This document shows positions 52,508 through 64,000 of a DNA stretch of 64,000 nucleotides, in pieces. The number at the start of each line of letters is the position of its first letter. Position 1 is the first letter of the stretch. A program made the position numbers and the translations under genes. Location of the stretch: positions 52,204,001 through 52,268,000 of the forward strand of contig NC_087249.1 in the NCBI RefSeq assembly GCF_037042905.1, written 5' to 3'. This stretch comes from Lytechinus pictus (taxonomy: Eukaryota). The notes beneath the pieces were generated by a model, which made no database searches, was not told where the DNA came from, and saw nothing but the letters and a program-made list of their open reading frames with translations.

Positions 52508-54220
52508 TTACTTATTTTCTTCTAAATTTCCTTTTTGCTGCTCACAAGTTGCATCTGGTTCATTACCACCAGCGGCATATTCTTCTCGATGCTCGATGAC
52601 CTCAACGTCAATGTTATGGCACGGTGTCGTATTCGTTTCCGTCTTGATGGCACCATCAATGATGAGGGACCCATGGTGGTTCAATGTTGATCTCAAGCTG
52701 TCGATGTCGACATGGTCAGGTAAGGCTATGATGTGGCGGAGGATGCGGCTCGTTTGGACTCGAGGATCGTGGTGGTCGTGTCGAAACTCGACATGGAGAT
52801 CCCTATCGCCATGAAGCTGCACGTTGATGATGACGTCGTCTGGCTTGAAGCCTGGTTTGAGAGGAACCGTGACATGGAACTTGGTTGCGTCGGTTCCGAA
52901 GCTGACCTCTCCACAGCGATGTCCATCTTCCTGACTCTGAGGATGATGACGATGATGATCTTGATGGTGACGAGATGAAGCTGCGCCATCCGGTGAATCG
53001 TAATCGTCGTGGTGGTCGACGTGGGATTCATGATGGTGGACATAGAAAGCGCCCTGGCGATGCAAGCCATGGTGCTGGTGGTGATCAGGATGGGAGGCAT
53101 GGTGGGCGTGGCTCCTATCCAAGCCAGCATGGTGATGGGTGTGAGTTGGCATCTCATCAATGTTGACCGCTTCCTTGTCGAAATGATGACGATGAGTATG
53201 GATATGATAATGAGAGACATATCCAGTGTGGTCCTTCTGGTAGAGGTGATGCGGATCCATATGATAGATATTTCTACCAGTTGTCCCAACCATCCATGGA
53301 TGCAGGTGTTGGTAGGGATAGTGAGATGCGTGCCCGTGGTGATAGAGAGGTGTAAGAGGATATGCCATATCGGGATTCAACACGTGATGAGAGGTGTAGA
53401 AGGGGTGGTAATGATGGGTGATAAGGTTGGGATGGGTTGGGCTTGGATGATGAGAGGAATCATGGTGACTTGGATAAACCCCCGGCTGGTGATGAGGGGA
53501 GTAGAGATGGTGGTTAGAGTGGTGGTAAGGGTGCATATTGGTTGGATGATGCAGATAGCTGGTTGTCCCTCCCTCGTGTTCTGGAAAACCTCTAAGATGG
53601 GCGTGGTCGTGTGGAGTGGTAGCTGCTTGATACACAGGAACTGAGCTTGAGTGGGATGCAGTTGGATGGTAGGAATGGATATCGGGATGGTGATCCAACG
53701 GTGCGTCATGATGTTGAGGTGGGTCATGGTGGGGTGCAGAATGACCATGCTGAAGGTGAGACGACGGATGAGGGTGGCCGGCGGGAGGAGGAGGAGGTAC
53801 AGCGTTACCATGGGGATGAGATGGATCCAGGGGATGATTTTGCGGATGTGGATGAGGAGGAGCAATACCATGGACTTGAATGTCATGCTGAGGATGTATC
53901 ACCGGTAGGTGCGGATGATCGGGGATGACCCGATGCTGCATTAGACTAATCTCACCTTCCCTGATGGGATGAGGGTCATGGTGAGGCGAGAAATGACCTA
54001 CAGCTCCAGCATGTGGTCTTCCTCCTGCAACAGGTCCATGCCTTGCCAGAGGATGAGGTGACATGCCATGATGATCTTGATGATTAGTTCCTCCAGTGGT
54101 TCGGGGATGGTGAGCTTGAGCTGGATGGCTGTATGCCCCTTCATGATGAGAAGCACCAAGTTCATGCCGAAAGTCGTAGCCCGGATCTCGGCGAGATGTT
54201 GGGATCCAGCGTACAGGCAT
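52508..54220 (-). CDS. His/Pro-rich protein with a C-terminal alpha-crystallin (small HSP) domain, 570 aa, single exon
   Basis: KFHVTVPLKPGFKPDDVIINV...SRILRHIIALPDHVDIDSLRSTLNHHGSLIIDG followed by an IxV motif (IDVEV). The ~435-aa N-terminus is about one-quarter His. First ATG at 54220. Confidence 0.85.
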   Translation of the reverse strand: MPVRWIPTSRRDPGYDFRHELGASHHEGAYSHPAQAHHPRTTGGTNHQDHHGMSPHPLARHGPVAGGRPHAGAVGHFSPHHDPHPIREGEISLMQHRVIPDHPHLPVIHPQHDIQVHGIAPPHPHPQNHPLDPSHPHGNAVPPPPPAGHPHPSSHLQHGHSAPHHDPPQHHDAPLDHHPDIHSYHPTASHSSSVPVYQAATTPHDHAHLRGFPEHEGGTTSYLHHPTNMHPYHHSNHHLYSPHHQPGVYPSHHDSSHHPSPTHPNLITHHYHPFYTSHHVLNPDMAYPLTPLYHHGHASHYPYQHLHPWMVGTTGRNIYHMDPHHLYQKDHTGYVSHYHIHTHRHHFDKEAVNIDEMPTHTHHHAGLDRSHAHHASHPDHHQHHGLHRQGAFYVHHHESHVDHHDDYDSPDGAASSRHHQDHHRHHPQSQEDGHRCGEVSFGTDATKFHVTVPLKPGFKPDDVIINVQLHGDRDLHVEFRHDHHDPRVQTSRILRHIIALPDHVDIDSLRSTLNHHGSLIIDGAIKTETNTTPCHNIDVEVIEHREEYAAGGNEPDATCEQQKGNLEENK

Positions 54221-54308
54221 GATCAATTCTTATTTGATGTTTGTGTAGTATACTGTTCTGCCTTATGAAACCAGTCGATTTGTTTGGCGGAAAATGAAAT
54301 TGCAGCTT

Positions 54309-54373
54309 CTTTTATACATCTTAGTGATATGCACAGGGCAAAATGGGAATCGGTGACAAGCCTGGATGCGCAC
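54309..54373 (-). promoter_or_regulatory. TATA box and a metal-response-element core upstream of the His-rich sHSP
   Basis: TATAAAAG on the minus strand at 54309-54316; TGCGCAC (TGCRCNC) at 54367-54373. Confidence 0.35.
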
Positions 54374-56353
54374 AAACAAAAGCCGATGCAAAATCCCAGA
54401 AATATAGAATTCAAAGAGAAAAAACAGCTAATTAAACGGGAAAATAAGGAGAGAGATGGAAAGAAGAGAGAGAGAGAGAGATTGAATTCATTGTCATTCT
54501 TTGTAATGGATACACCTCTGAAAATGACGGATTGTGTAAATATTGCGCCTTTTAAATCATTTTGGTTGGCACGGTAAGTACACATTATGACTCTCGATTT
54601 CTTTCTCTGTTAGATAGACCAATATAAGCAATAAAAGGCAAAACAGTATGGTGTAGAGATACTTCATGTCACTCGTGAGTGTGCTTGTTGTGATGAATCG
54701 CCCGCATTTTGAACCCTCCAAGATCTATCATCCTATTTGTTGTGACTTGTGACAGATGTCATAAGAGGACCGCCTCCACCTCTCCCTTACGTTTATTTTG
54801 CCTGATGACAAACTAAACACAAACATGACAAAAGTGCATGCATGTTAATAAAATCATTCATATCGATATTAAATTCTACTGAATACCAGAAACAATAAGC
54901 TCCTCTGGAGGAGCAGTCTTGCTGGATTTTTTGAAATCCCACCAAGATTGTATCAAAACGATACGTTCTTCGTACTTTAAATTGGCATTAACAACGGCGT
55001 CGCCGACGACGACAACAACATTTGAACAATAAGGATGAGAGATGCAGAATTTGCATGAGACATAATCTTTGTCTTTCCGTTGATGGCCACAAACAAACTT
55101 GATTATTATGGCATGTACATTATGTTTAAACGTAATTATACATGATTGCAAATCGATAGTCTTATTCCAGTGCATGGTTTTCTTGGCATTCTTTATATTT
55201 TACATCAATATCATTGAGCCCGCATAGATGAATTTATTCCATAATAATGGAATGTCATTATTCAGTATTAGAGATAGGCCTATCTGCATTTCATGAAACG
55301 TCCGCCCTTTGAAATTTCAGAGTTTCATTGCTCTGCGTGGGGAGGAATATCTTCCTCCTGGTATATACATTTCTTCTCCTCTGTTTTGCGAGTTAAAGAT
55401 ATGCACTGTCGCTAAATTGTTTGTAATCAAATCTGATCTTTGCAAGGGAAGTAATCAATATATCTTTGAGAATACCCGTTTCTCGGGCCCTTTTCATGGC
55501 AAATAAATTGATAAAACGCTTAAGCTTCCGCGCTTTGCGCGGGGTTATTATTATTTTAATTTCCTCCATTGCCTTTTTTGTGCGTTCACAATCACTTTTG
55601 AAAGCAAGGTTCATGAAAACGAGGTTCAAAAGCACAATATAGTCAACTGAATTGGAGCTGATATAGGTACTAGAGACAAGAGAGACGGCTCCTTTTCATT
55701 TTAATTTATGAAACACCAAAAGCTTCGCGCTTCGCGCGGGAGGGGGAAACTCCCCCCCCCCTGCACCCACCCCCTAGGTGCTTATAAAATATTTTGAAAT
55801 ATATGTTTATATGATCCAATATCTTATTTTGAGATTGGGTTAACTTTGAAAAATAATTATTGTTTTGTATAGTATCCTCTTCCTATGGGTATATAAGGTT
55901 GTGTGTTTGTTTGTTTTATTTCCTCCTGCATTCATAAATGATAACAAACTTTCAAAATATACCATGTACGAAATAATTGATAACATAGTTAAACAGATAT
56001 TTAAAGTAATTTTCAAAATTCAAATGAAATTTCATAATCACTACTGTAAGCCTCCATGATCATAATCAACAGTCATCGTATATTGTCAACATATGTTATT
56101 GGTCACCTTGCTTGCCGAATTCGTTTGTTTTCAAAACCAATCCCATTTTATTTCAATTAGATTCAATTAAATTCTTACGAGCGAGCGCAGAAAGCAGGAG
56201 AAACATATTTTTTTCCTGTAGAATATTTCATTTCAGGTAGCCAATTTAGCATTAAGCTAAAGTCTTCCAGCGGGTACCACCATTACTGGCCATTCCCCAT
56301 TATCATGACAGAAGGTCTTTGGTATGACTATAATTTATAAAGCTGTATAGGTA

Positions 56354-56529
56354 GCCAGTGGGCGTTGTGGCGTGCGCCTGTAATCCAAGCTGTGGGGAAG
56401 TTACAAATTGATGCAGAGGTTCGAGCCCTGGTCACGTCTTTCGGATGGTGACGTTAAAGGTCGGTCCCAGACGTAAATAATCATATCTGATTGATACACG
56501 TCTGACAAAATCTCAAATACACACACACA
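56354..56529 (+). mobile_element. SINE-like element with a 7SL(Alu-domain)-like head, B-box, Deu/Nin-like core fragment and (CA)n tail
   Basis: GGGCGTTGTGGCGTGCGCCTGTAATCCAAGCT; GGTTCGAGCCC; CGTCTTTCGGATGGTGACGTTAAA; (CA)5. Confidence 0.65.
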
Positions 56530-56614
56530 TTGGATCGAACGGTCGTGGGTTGGCGCTCTACCACTGGGCCAATAACTCGATCCCAACACTTTGTTCGACA
56601 TCAAAAAATTGATT

Positions 56615-56925
56615 TGTCGTGTGGTCTAGTGGTTAGAGTATTTGACTAGCTCATGACTGTAAGGTTGTGAGTTCGAATCCCCGCTCTGCCATTGTCTCCA
56701 TTCATTCCAGTTTAGCTTTCTGGAGCTGCAAGAGGAATTATCTCATCAAGTATCCACTTTGACAAAAAGACCCTAGAGTAATTTCTGTCGTCTGTATATG
56801 GTTAGCCACTATGAACATGATTAACCTAGAAATAAAATGTTTCATAGGTAATTGACTATCTACCAGCTTGACATTATACCAGCAAAAAGCTGTACTGTCG
56901 AGTTCCTACGGGAGTAACCATAACA
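56615..56925 (+). mobile_element. tRNA-derived SINE
   Basis: A-box TGGTCTAGTGG and B-box GAGTTCGAATCC; no valid cloverleaf. The 3' boundary is approximate. Confidence 0.6.
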
Positions 56926-58745
56926 GAAGTAGGCTGGCAAAACGAATATCCGATGCTTCACCCCCCCCCCCCATCACAACACAAGACATAAAGGTGTGTG
57001 GTACTTAACTTTGCGGCAATAACAGTAAACAAACTGATCACTGAAAAATCTACATTATTTATAATTTTGGTAAAAATTCGATGAAAAGAATCTCAAGCTA
57101 TTGTTTCATTTTGATAAAACAATAGTATTCATGCCATCATTAAGATGCATTGAGTGAGTTGATATCTCCCCATCTTCTTTTATTTTTCAATTTCAGTAGA
57201 ATCTTCATTATTTTTTTTTCAGATTAGTGAAGGCCTATTGACATTCTTGGAGCAGAAAATTTGAACATCCAAATTCAAATTCGATTTTTAGTTCTAATAG
57301 AAAATAAAGTAATAAAATAATACAAATTAATTTCATACATTTCTAATGATAATCAAAGTGTAAAGTTTACATCTAACACAGAATTTTTTTTGGAAAATTT
57401 ATAATACAGGAATCAGATTAATATGTGCAACGGGAGATTCACTCACAAATAATAATACAAAAGAAAAATATCGGGGATTACGCCATTATAAGTTCATGGC
57501 ATAGGACGCTGAGTAATATATTTTTTTTAATTCTTCCTATATGAAAGTTCAATTGTTTTGCATGTTTTGGTGTTATATTAGTTTAAATCATATCAGGGGC
57601 TGCAGAAGCGGGGGGGGGGGGGGGGGGCGGGGGGGGGGGGGGGCTTTTCCAAATCCGTGTACAAAAACGTGAAAATGACTACTCCTATATCTTTTGCATG
57701 TTCAGACCCGCCCCCCCCCCCCCACTTTGAAAACTTTTCCGTGGCCCCTATTGCTTTTACTTTTCTATTTTCTTTTTACTATCAAAAATTGAATGACATA
57801 CATCTCATTGCAAATGCCCCCCCCCCCGATAATAAATGGTGATTAATTTCATATTCCTCTCTCTTATATGATATCTTCTCCGTTTGCTTTTATTATGCCT
57901 GTAATAAGTGTGTGTATATTTTTGGGGTCAGTTTGCATAATCATGATAAACGGGCGCCCATAGGCTATTGAATTTTCTCATTTCTCACGGGAGGGGGGTA
58001 ATGCCGAGGGTAATTAAATTTAACGAGGCCTCGTGAAAATAAACAACTACATTCTGTGCATATGGAAAATCTCTCAAATCGGCTCTAACAATATATTGAA
58101 AATCTTGTCAGAATGTATACTGAAATATGTCACCCTCATCGCTCTATCATCAGCTCAGCTGAGCTGCGCTGGTATACCATATAGCTAGTTAGTTTCAACT
58201 CAGAACAAAATCAGCCGAATATTCGCCAATAACGTTAACAGCTGGCGCCATTCGCAAGGCCAAGGTAGGATTCTAGGAAGCTCGACAAAGACAAAACGTA
58301 GCCCAAACTGGAATAACTACTCAAAGACAACAAATTTCAAGGTAAGAAAATATATCCTCAGTCAGCTGGTCAGTGTGAGTACCTCGTGGTCAAGAAAATT
58401 AGATATTGTTATTTTATACTATTTTACTGCAAGAATTTGGCCTAGGCCTAGATATGTTAGACTCTAGAGTAGACGTTAATCCCGATTCATTGGCAAAGTT
58501 TTCGTACTGAAATTACCTCGGGTCCCACTCATAGCATTATGTGTGTGCCAATATTTGCGTAATTAGCTCGGCTCATCCTCGCCCTCGGCTCAGCTCAGTC
58601 AGGATCACTCATCGACGTCGATTCAGTAAACAAGGTTATGATTAAGGCCCAGATTACGCCGGGCGTAGCCAGGCGGCTTCTTGAGAGTAAAAATCATTTA
58701 CTAACGTAGGCTTACTCTAAACGAAGCCAGGGAGTCCTTCCTATT

Positions 58746-61700
58746 CACTCTAGGCGACACCGCAATACTTACCCGTGTTAATAAAGTAGGTATGTGACAA
58801 AAAAAATGAAAATCATCAAATATGAATAAATTTGGTATCACTTGAAAGCTCTTAAAAAGACCTTTAAAATGATACCAAGAACTTTAGTTTTCATAAAGAA
58901 ATTATAAAGTTATTCCAGTTTAAGTCGCACATATTCATCCAAATTTGTGGTCATTGTCTTAATGTAAAGTCAATGGAGTACAGAATCGATTTTTGTGACC
59001 ATTTTGTCATTTTTGTGACCATTTTGAACCCAAGTCTTCAACAGGCTCTAACTTCTTTGTTTTTGAGCCCTATGAAGTAATTTAGGTATCAATGGAAAGG
59101 TGAGAGAATACTTAATTGATGTGTATCAATTCATCTAGTAATTTTTCTTATTATGTGTAAAATAATTTCTTCTAATTAATTCTAATTAATTATGCAAATA
59201 ACAGAAAATCACAATTACTTGCCTCTTTTTTTTTGCCAAATGAAGGTGATTATGATAGATAATTCATATAATTTAGTTGGCATCAAAACAGCATCATGTA
59301 GATAATTTCCTAATGAATTTGTCTTAAGTATTGTTTTTGTAATTTCTAATGTATTTCTTTGTTTTTCTGATATAAATTACAAGCTCTTTTTCAACTTAGT
59401 ATTGTAATTTTGTATGTGTTTGTACGGGGGTCCTTTTTTACATAAGAAAAAAAAATATTTTGTACTTTGTATGACCAAATGAAAATATGTGTGTTTTTCT
59501 GATGTATTTTATTGTTTCACCACTTCCTTATGTATTCTATTGTTTCAACAGTTTGTTATAATATGTAGCTTTTGATTTGAGAGACAATGGACATGTGATT
59601 ACATTTTTTGAAAGAATGAGCAGCTGAGTGTAAAATATGTATGTAGAATTGTATGCAATTTATTTCAAGTATCAAGAAGGACGAACATGAAGTTTTAATA
59701 TATTGTATCAGTTGTCAATTTCTTAGATTTGTATACATACATTGTATTACAAAAGCCCTGTTTGAGCTCTCTTTTTAAAGAAAAATAAATTCAAATTATT
59801 AGTCGAATCCAAAAGAAAAGGAAAAGAGTGGTCTATTTCTTTCAAAACAAAGCAAAAAACAACCAGGAAAAATATATAACAAAGCTTTAAACAACAACAA
59901 CAAAACAGACATCAAAGCTCCAAACAAGCACTAAAAACAAGAGAAACAAAAACTTGTACCAATCCCATCCCCATTTTCCAATTCAAAATACAACCCCCAC
60001 CTGCATCCCTAAAAAAAGAAAAGTGAACAAAAAATAAATAGTACAATTAATAATAAACATAAATACAGGACTCAGACCCATCTGGAAATGAAATATTCTT
60101 TCCTCTGAGTTTTCATGTATTTTCTTACAAGAATGAAAAAAAATACAACATAAAATAAACAACATCTAGTTCGTGCATTTGAAAAAAACAAATCAACATC
60201 AACAGAAAAAAAAACACTATAGAATAGATTTTGCATTTTAATTTAATAAGTCAAGTCAACATTAATATTCCACTCCCAAAAGAATCCAGTTTCCAAATGA
60301 TAAAATATGATTCTATAACCTTAGGAGGAAAGAATGTTTTTGTGACAAAATGTATATATTTAAATCAATATCAGAATAACAATCTACGGTAATGACAGAC
60401 ATTTTCAGAAAAAGGTACAATATTATCAAGTGAACAATTTAGATCCAGTTCAATCCAGCATGAACGACTCACTATCGACCACTCCCGTCACCAAGCCCTC
60501 CGCATCGGGTACCGGTAGCTCGACTGCCGAAAGACCGTCGGGAGCCCACCGCATCGGGGAGCTCATCTGGCGAGAGACCGGCTGTGACAAGGGTAGCTCG
60601 CGCCTCTTATATCTGGACTGCTCCAAACGAGAACATTTTTTTTATAGTTTTTTTTTCAATTTAAATACATTTTTAAAAGGTCAAGATACATAATTGGATT
60701 GCAGTTCTACTTACCATTAAAAAATTTCGATCATTTGCGCATCCAAAAATTTGATGAACTTTCAAGCTCCGATATCCACACTTCACAGGCGAGTATCCAC
60801 ATTGAAACTTATATGTACAGAAAGAGCAAGTCTTCAACTGTCTGTATCGAGGCACGAGATTGCATCAACTATGTGCGCATGCGCATGAAACCCCATTTTC
60901 GATGAGCCGCCCAGACAGAGGCGATGCCACTTGCAGCAAACCCGCGCGAAAACCGTGCAGCCAAAACCAGCGTTCGCGATGCGCCCGTATTCACACATAC
61001 CTAAATAAAGTGGGACTCCGCTCACGCGCGTTTGGGCCTCCCTAGCTTAGAACTAAGCACTAATATCACCTTAAAAACTAAATCTACAAGGTATATATAA
61101 TCTATTTTATTTATAGTAATTTGATAATGTTTAAACGGTACTCACCAGTTCTTTTGATGTATTTTCTCCAGAATTCCCACGGATTTGTCCCAAATCTTGC
61201 GACAAACCACGTCGCGGTAGACAGCTGTACATTTTTTTTTATTTATAAATAAAGCGCCCCTTACGATAGTTGTTAACAACGCGGCCAAATCGTTAGGTTT
61301 TTTGCACTGTGTCCAAGGCTTTTTTATTTTGTTTGATTTTTTATTTTTTAATAAATATTTTGTTCAATAGCGATTTTTACGTCAAATATTAAATTTATAT
61401 CACAAAATATTTTTTAATTGTAGAAATATACATAATATTATGCAATAATTTATTCTATATATATTTTATAATAAAATTTATAATTGTTGCGGTCTTTAAA
61501 AAAGGATAGTCGATTGATCAGGTGATGACCACACGTATCACGTGATCTGAAAATCAGCTTCATACCGCTTTGATCGCACTCGACGGTGACCGGACTGACT
61601 GCCAAAAAAAGATCGAAAAATGACTCAAATGTAAGTTTCCCTTTATTTTATTAAATTCAAATTAGGAATAGGAATATATTTAATGGGCAATCTTTTAATA

Positions 61701-61857
61701 AGTGATAAACAAACGAGGACAAAACTCATATTTTGGGAGTAATATCATACTTGGGTGCAGGAAACAGTACGGTTAGAAGTTCTAACCTGTTTTTAATGCA
61801 TTGTCGCCTATGAGGTCCATACATGTTAATGTTTGGACCTCATTGGTACTAGGAGTG
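58746..61857. mobile_element. Unclassified CACTC...GAGTG element, copy A (888 bp once the nested insert is removed)
   Basis: Reverse complement of 61866-62737; flanked by TTCCTATT at 58738-58745 and 61858-61865. Confidence 0.75.
58787..61003. mobile_element. hAT-like non-autonomous element nested in copy A
   Basis: TIRs TAGGTATGTG / CACATACCTA; AATAAAG duplicated at 58780-58786 and 61004-61010. Confidence 0.75.
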
Positions 61858-61865
61858 TTCCTATT

Positions 61866-62737
61866 CACTCCTAGTACCAATGAGGTCCAAACATTGTCAT
61901 TACATGTATGGACCTCATCATAGGCGACATCACTAGTATTTTTGGTTAGAAATCTCTGAGAACAGGATATTTCTATATTATATCACAAGTACAAGCTATA
62001 TTCCTTTCTCTTTATAGTGTAAATGCATCGTTAGCAACAACAAAAAAATGAAAGAAATGAAGGGGAACTTACATTTTCACGGCTTTTTCCTGATTTTCTG
62101 GGCAGTTGCTCTTCACTTCTGACTCGCGATCGAAGCTGATATGAAGATCACGTGATTCGCGTTCTCGTCAGCTGATCGGTTGATTATTCTTTTTGTCAGA
62201 CGTTAATAATATATATTTTATAATGCTAGCATTCATCGCTAATTTAGGTGAAAGAGATTGAAGTTAAACAGCGCCAGGTCGGAATCATAATTATTTTGGA
62301 AGAGTGTATTTATACACTCGATCTCATACCTGACGTAGACGGCGCTATTCAACAAATGCACAATCTTCAATATAAAAGATAAAACAGAAAGAACGCCTTG
62401 AACACAGGCCAAAATGCCTAACGATTTCTCCGCGGCATTAACAACTATCGTAAAGGGCGCTCCATTTATTATTAAAGATGGACGTATAGCTGTCTATGGC
62501 GACAAAATTTGCCGCAAATATTTACGAAGAATTGTGAGAAATGGTCCGAAAATGCAACAAAAGAACCGGTGAGTACCGATTAAACATTATCAATTTATTT
62601 AATAGAACATATTTTATGACTAGAGTTTAACAATGTCTAGATAATATTGCTTAGTTCTAAGCTAGGGCGGCCCAAATGCGCGTGAGTGGAGTCCCAGTTT
62701 ATTAACGCAGGTAAGTATTGGGGTGTCACCTAGAGTG
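61866..62737. mobile_element. Unclassified CACTC...GAGTG element, copy B (872 bp), opposite orientation
   Basis: Flanked by TTCCTATT at 61858-61865 and 62738-62745. Confidence 0.75.
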
Positions 62738-64000
62738 TTCCTATTCATCTGCGTGTACCGCAAAAAACCCTGAAACTTTCGCCCCCGAGATTTCTACTTC
62801 TGTTCTAAAAGATCTAGCTCTAAATCATGTACATGGGATAAAACTTCATTTCCGACATTTCTACGCTCTCGTTATTTTTAAACAAGAATTCATCAAAAAA
62901 ATGAAAAAATATTGTGAAAAGACGGAAGAGACTTGCCCGATGTTTACGCCGCCATCTTGTTTCTTATTGTACTTCCCCAACGTTACGCGACGCGACCGGT
63001 GTTATGCAACAATCCTCTTAGCTCAGCCGCGCTCAGCGAGTGAAGAAGTGATGTATTCTTCGTTAAATATGATGGTTTTAGTGTCATGGCGGAGAAGGAG
63101 GCAACGACAGAGAGAGAGGAGGAAAGAAATGCTATTTGCTCACATTTTGCGAAGGGGGGTTAACAAACGAACAATCACAATTACTGGTAGGGTGTCTGGA
63201 GAAAAAAATTATTTTTCTTATTTCAAGAAAATATCACATTCTATTTGTGAATTTGAAGAGAAATGACCTTCAGACTGACAGAAATGTAACATTTAAAAAA
63301 AAAGTCCAATTATTGGCTGCAAAAAAGAAGAATGAAATTAGGTCAATTTTCAGCATTTCTCTGCCATAGACTGTGTAGTTAAGAAATGGACACACACAAA
63401 TCCAAATTTTTAGCTTCCGAGAGCTGTTATAAATTCATTATTAGTGCCAAAAACGTGTCCATAAAGAGTCCAATAGGATTTTTTATGCTCTTTCTGATGG
63501 TATGATTTTTATAAAGATTTGGAAACCAGATCACAATGAAAAATTGCGACAAAGTGAAAAAAATTGTGCAAAACAGAAATTTCATTTTCCCATAGAAAAC
63601 GCATGGGGAAATGGCAATCTCAACACACACACAAAGAAGGGTTTGCAATTTATCTCTAAATCCTTATTTCAAATAATCCTATTAACTTGTCCTTACTGTC
63701 AAAAGAGGCCCCTGAATTTAATCTTTCCATACATACCAAACAAAAGGTAATAATAAATTCAGATCACATTTTTCTAGCAGCCTGAATTTCCCGAAAAAAT
63801 GTGCCATATTTTCCCCTAAATCAGCCTATTTTATGCTGACACTTTTCAGTGTGGCTTCAGACACCCTATTACTGGAATCTGTACAAAAACGAGCAATGGG
63901 TATAATCAACCCACAATTATCGTATACTGAGGCACTCAAAGAATTAAACTTAGAATTGTTATCCGACCGCAGGAAAATCATGTGTGAAAAGCAATTCCTC

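Noticed and set aside
52437-53928. Multiple overlapping Met/Val- or Ile/Thr-rich ORFs
   Set aside because: Alternative frames of the CAT/CAC-rich His gene.
13149-54220. 'Lens crystallin' cluster (GST + lengsin + alpha-crystallin)
   Set aside because: S-crystallins are sigma-class GSTs, not Xi; the lengsin-like protein looks catalytic; nothing here shows an optical role.
56615-56690. tRNA gene
   Set aside because: Acceptor and anticodon stems do not pair; it continues into a SINE body.
61857-61875. Similarity to the yeast FRT arm (GTTCCTATTC)
   Set aside because: Here the motif is the spacer, not the arm, and there is no second FRT arm; treated as coincidence.
62718-63266. 182-aa ORF
   Set aside because: Non-ATG start inside a repeat terminus; no domain similarity.

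Overview
This is AT-rich, repeat-dense eukaryotic DNA, not prokaryotic. The repeat families resemble those of sea urchins or other echinoderms (my inference). Host genes all have their CDS in a single exon. (1) Two convergent glutathionyl-hydroquinone reductase paralogues (GST Xi class, YqjG/ECM4 family); the second is split by a 4.1-kb Academ-like transposon. (2) A lengsin-like, GSI-fold glutamine-synthetase-family gene and its 5'-truncated tandem pseudogene. (3) A 570-aa protein with a His-rich N-terminus fused to a C-terminal alpha-crystallin domain. The rest is decayed L2/CR1-group LINEs, SINEs, Helentron-like elements and non-autonomous DNA transposons (hAT, Kolobok, Harbinger, Tc1/mariner), often nested. 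Most unusual items: two opposite-facing copies of a ~0.88-kb CACTC...GAGTG element separated and flanked by the same 8-mer TTCCTATT (58738-62745); a short SINE-like element with a 7SL/Alu-domain-like head (56354-56529); the His-rich small heat-shock protein; the amine-ligase signature of the lengsin-like enzyme; and a 12-nt candidate microexon. All alignments and counts were made by eye.
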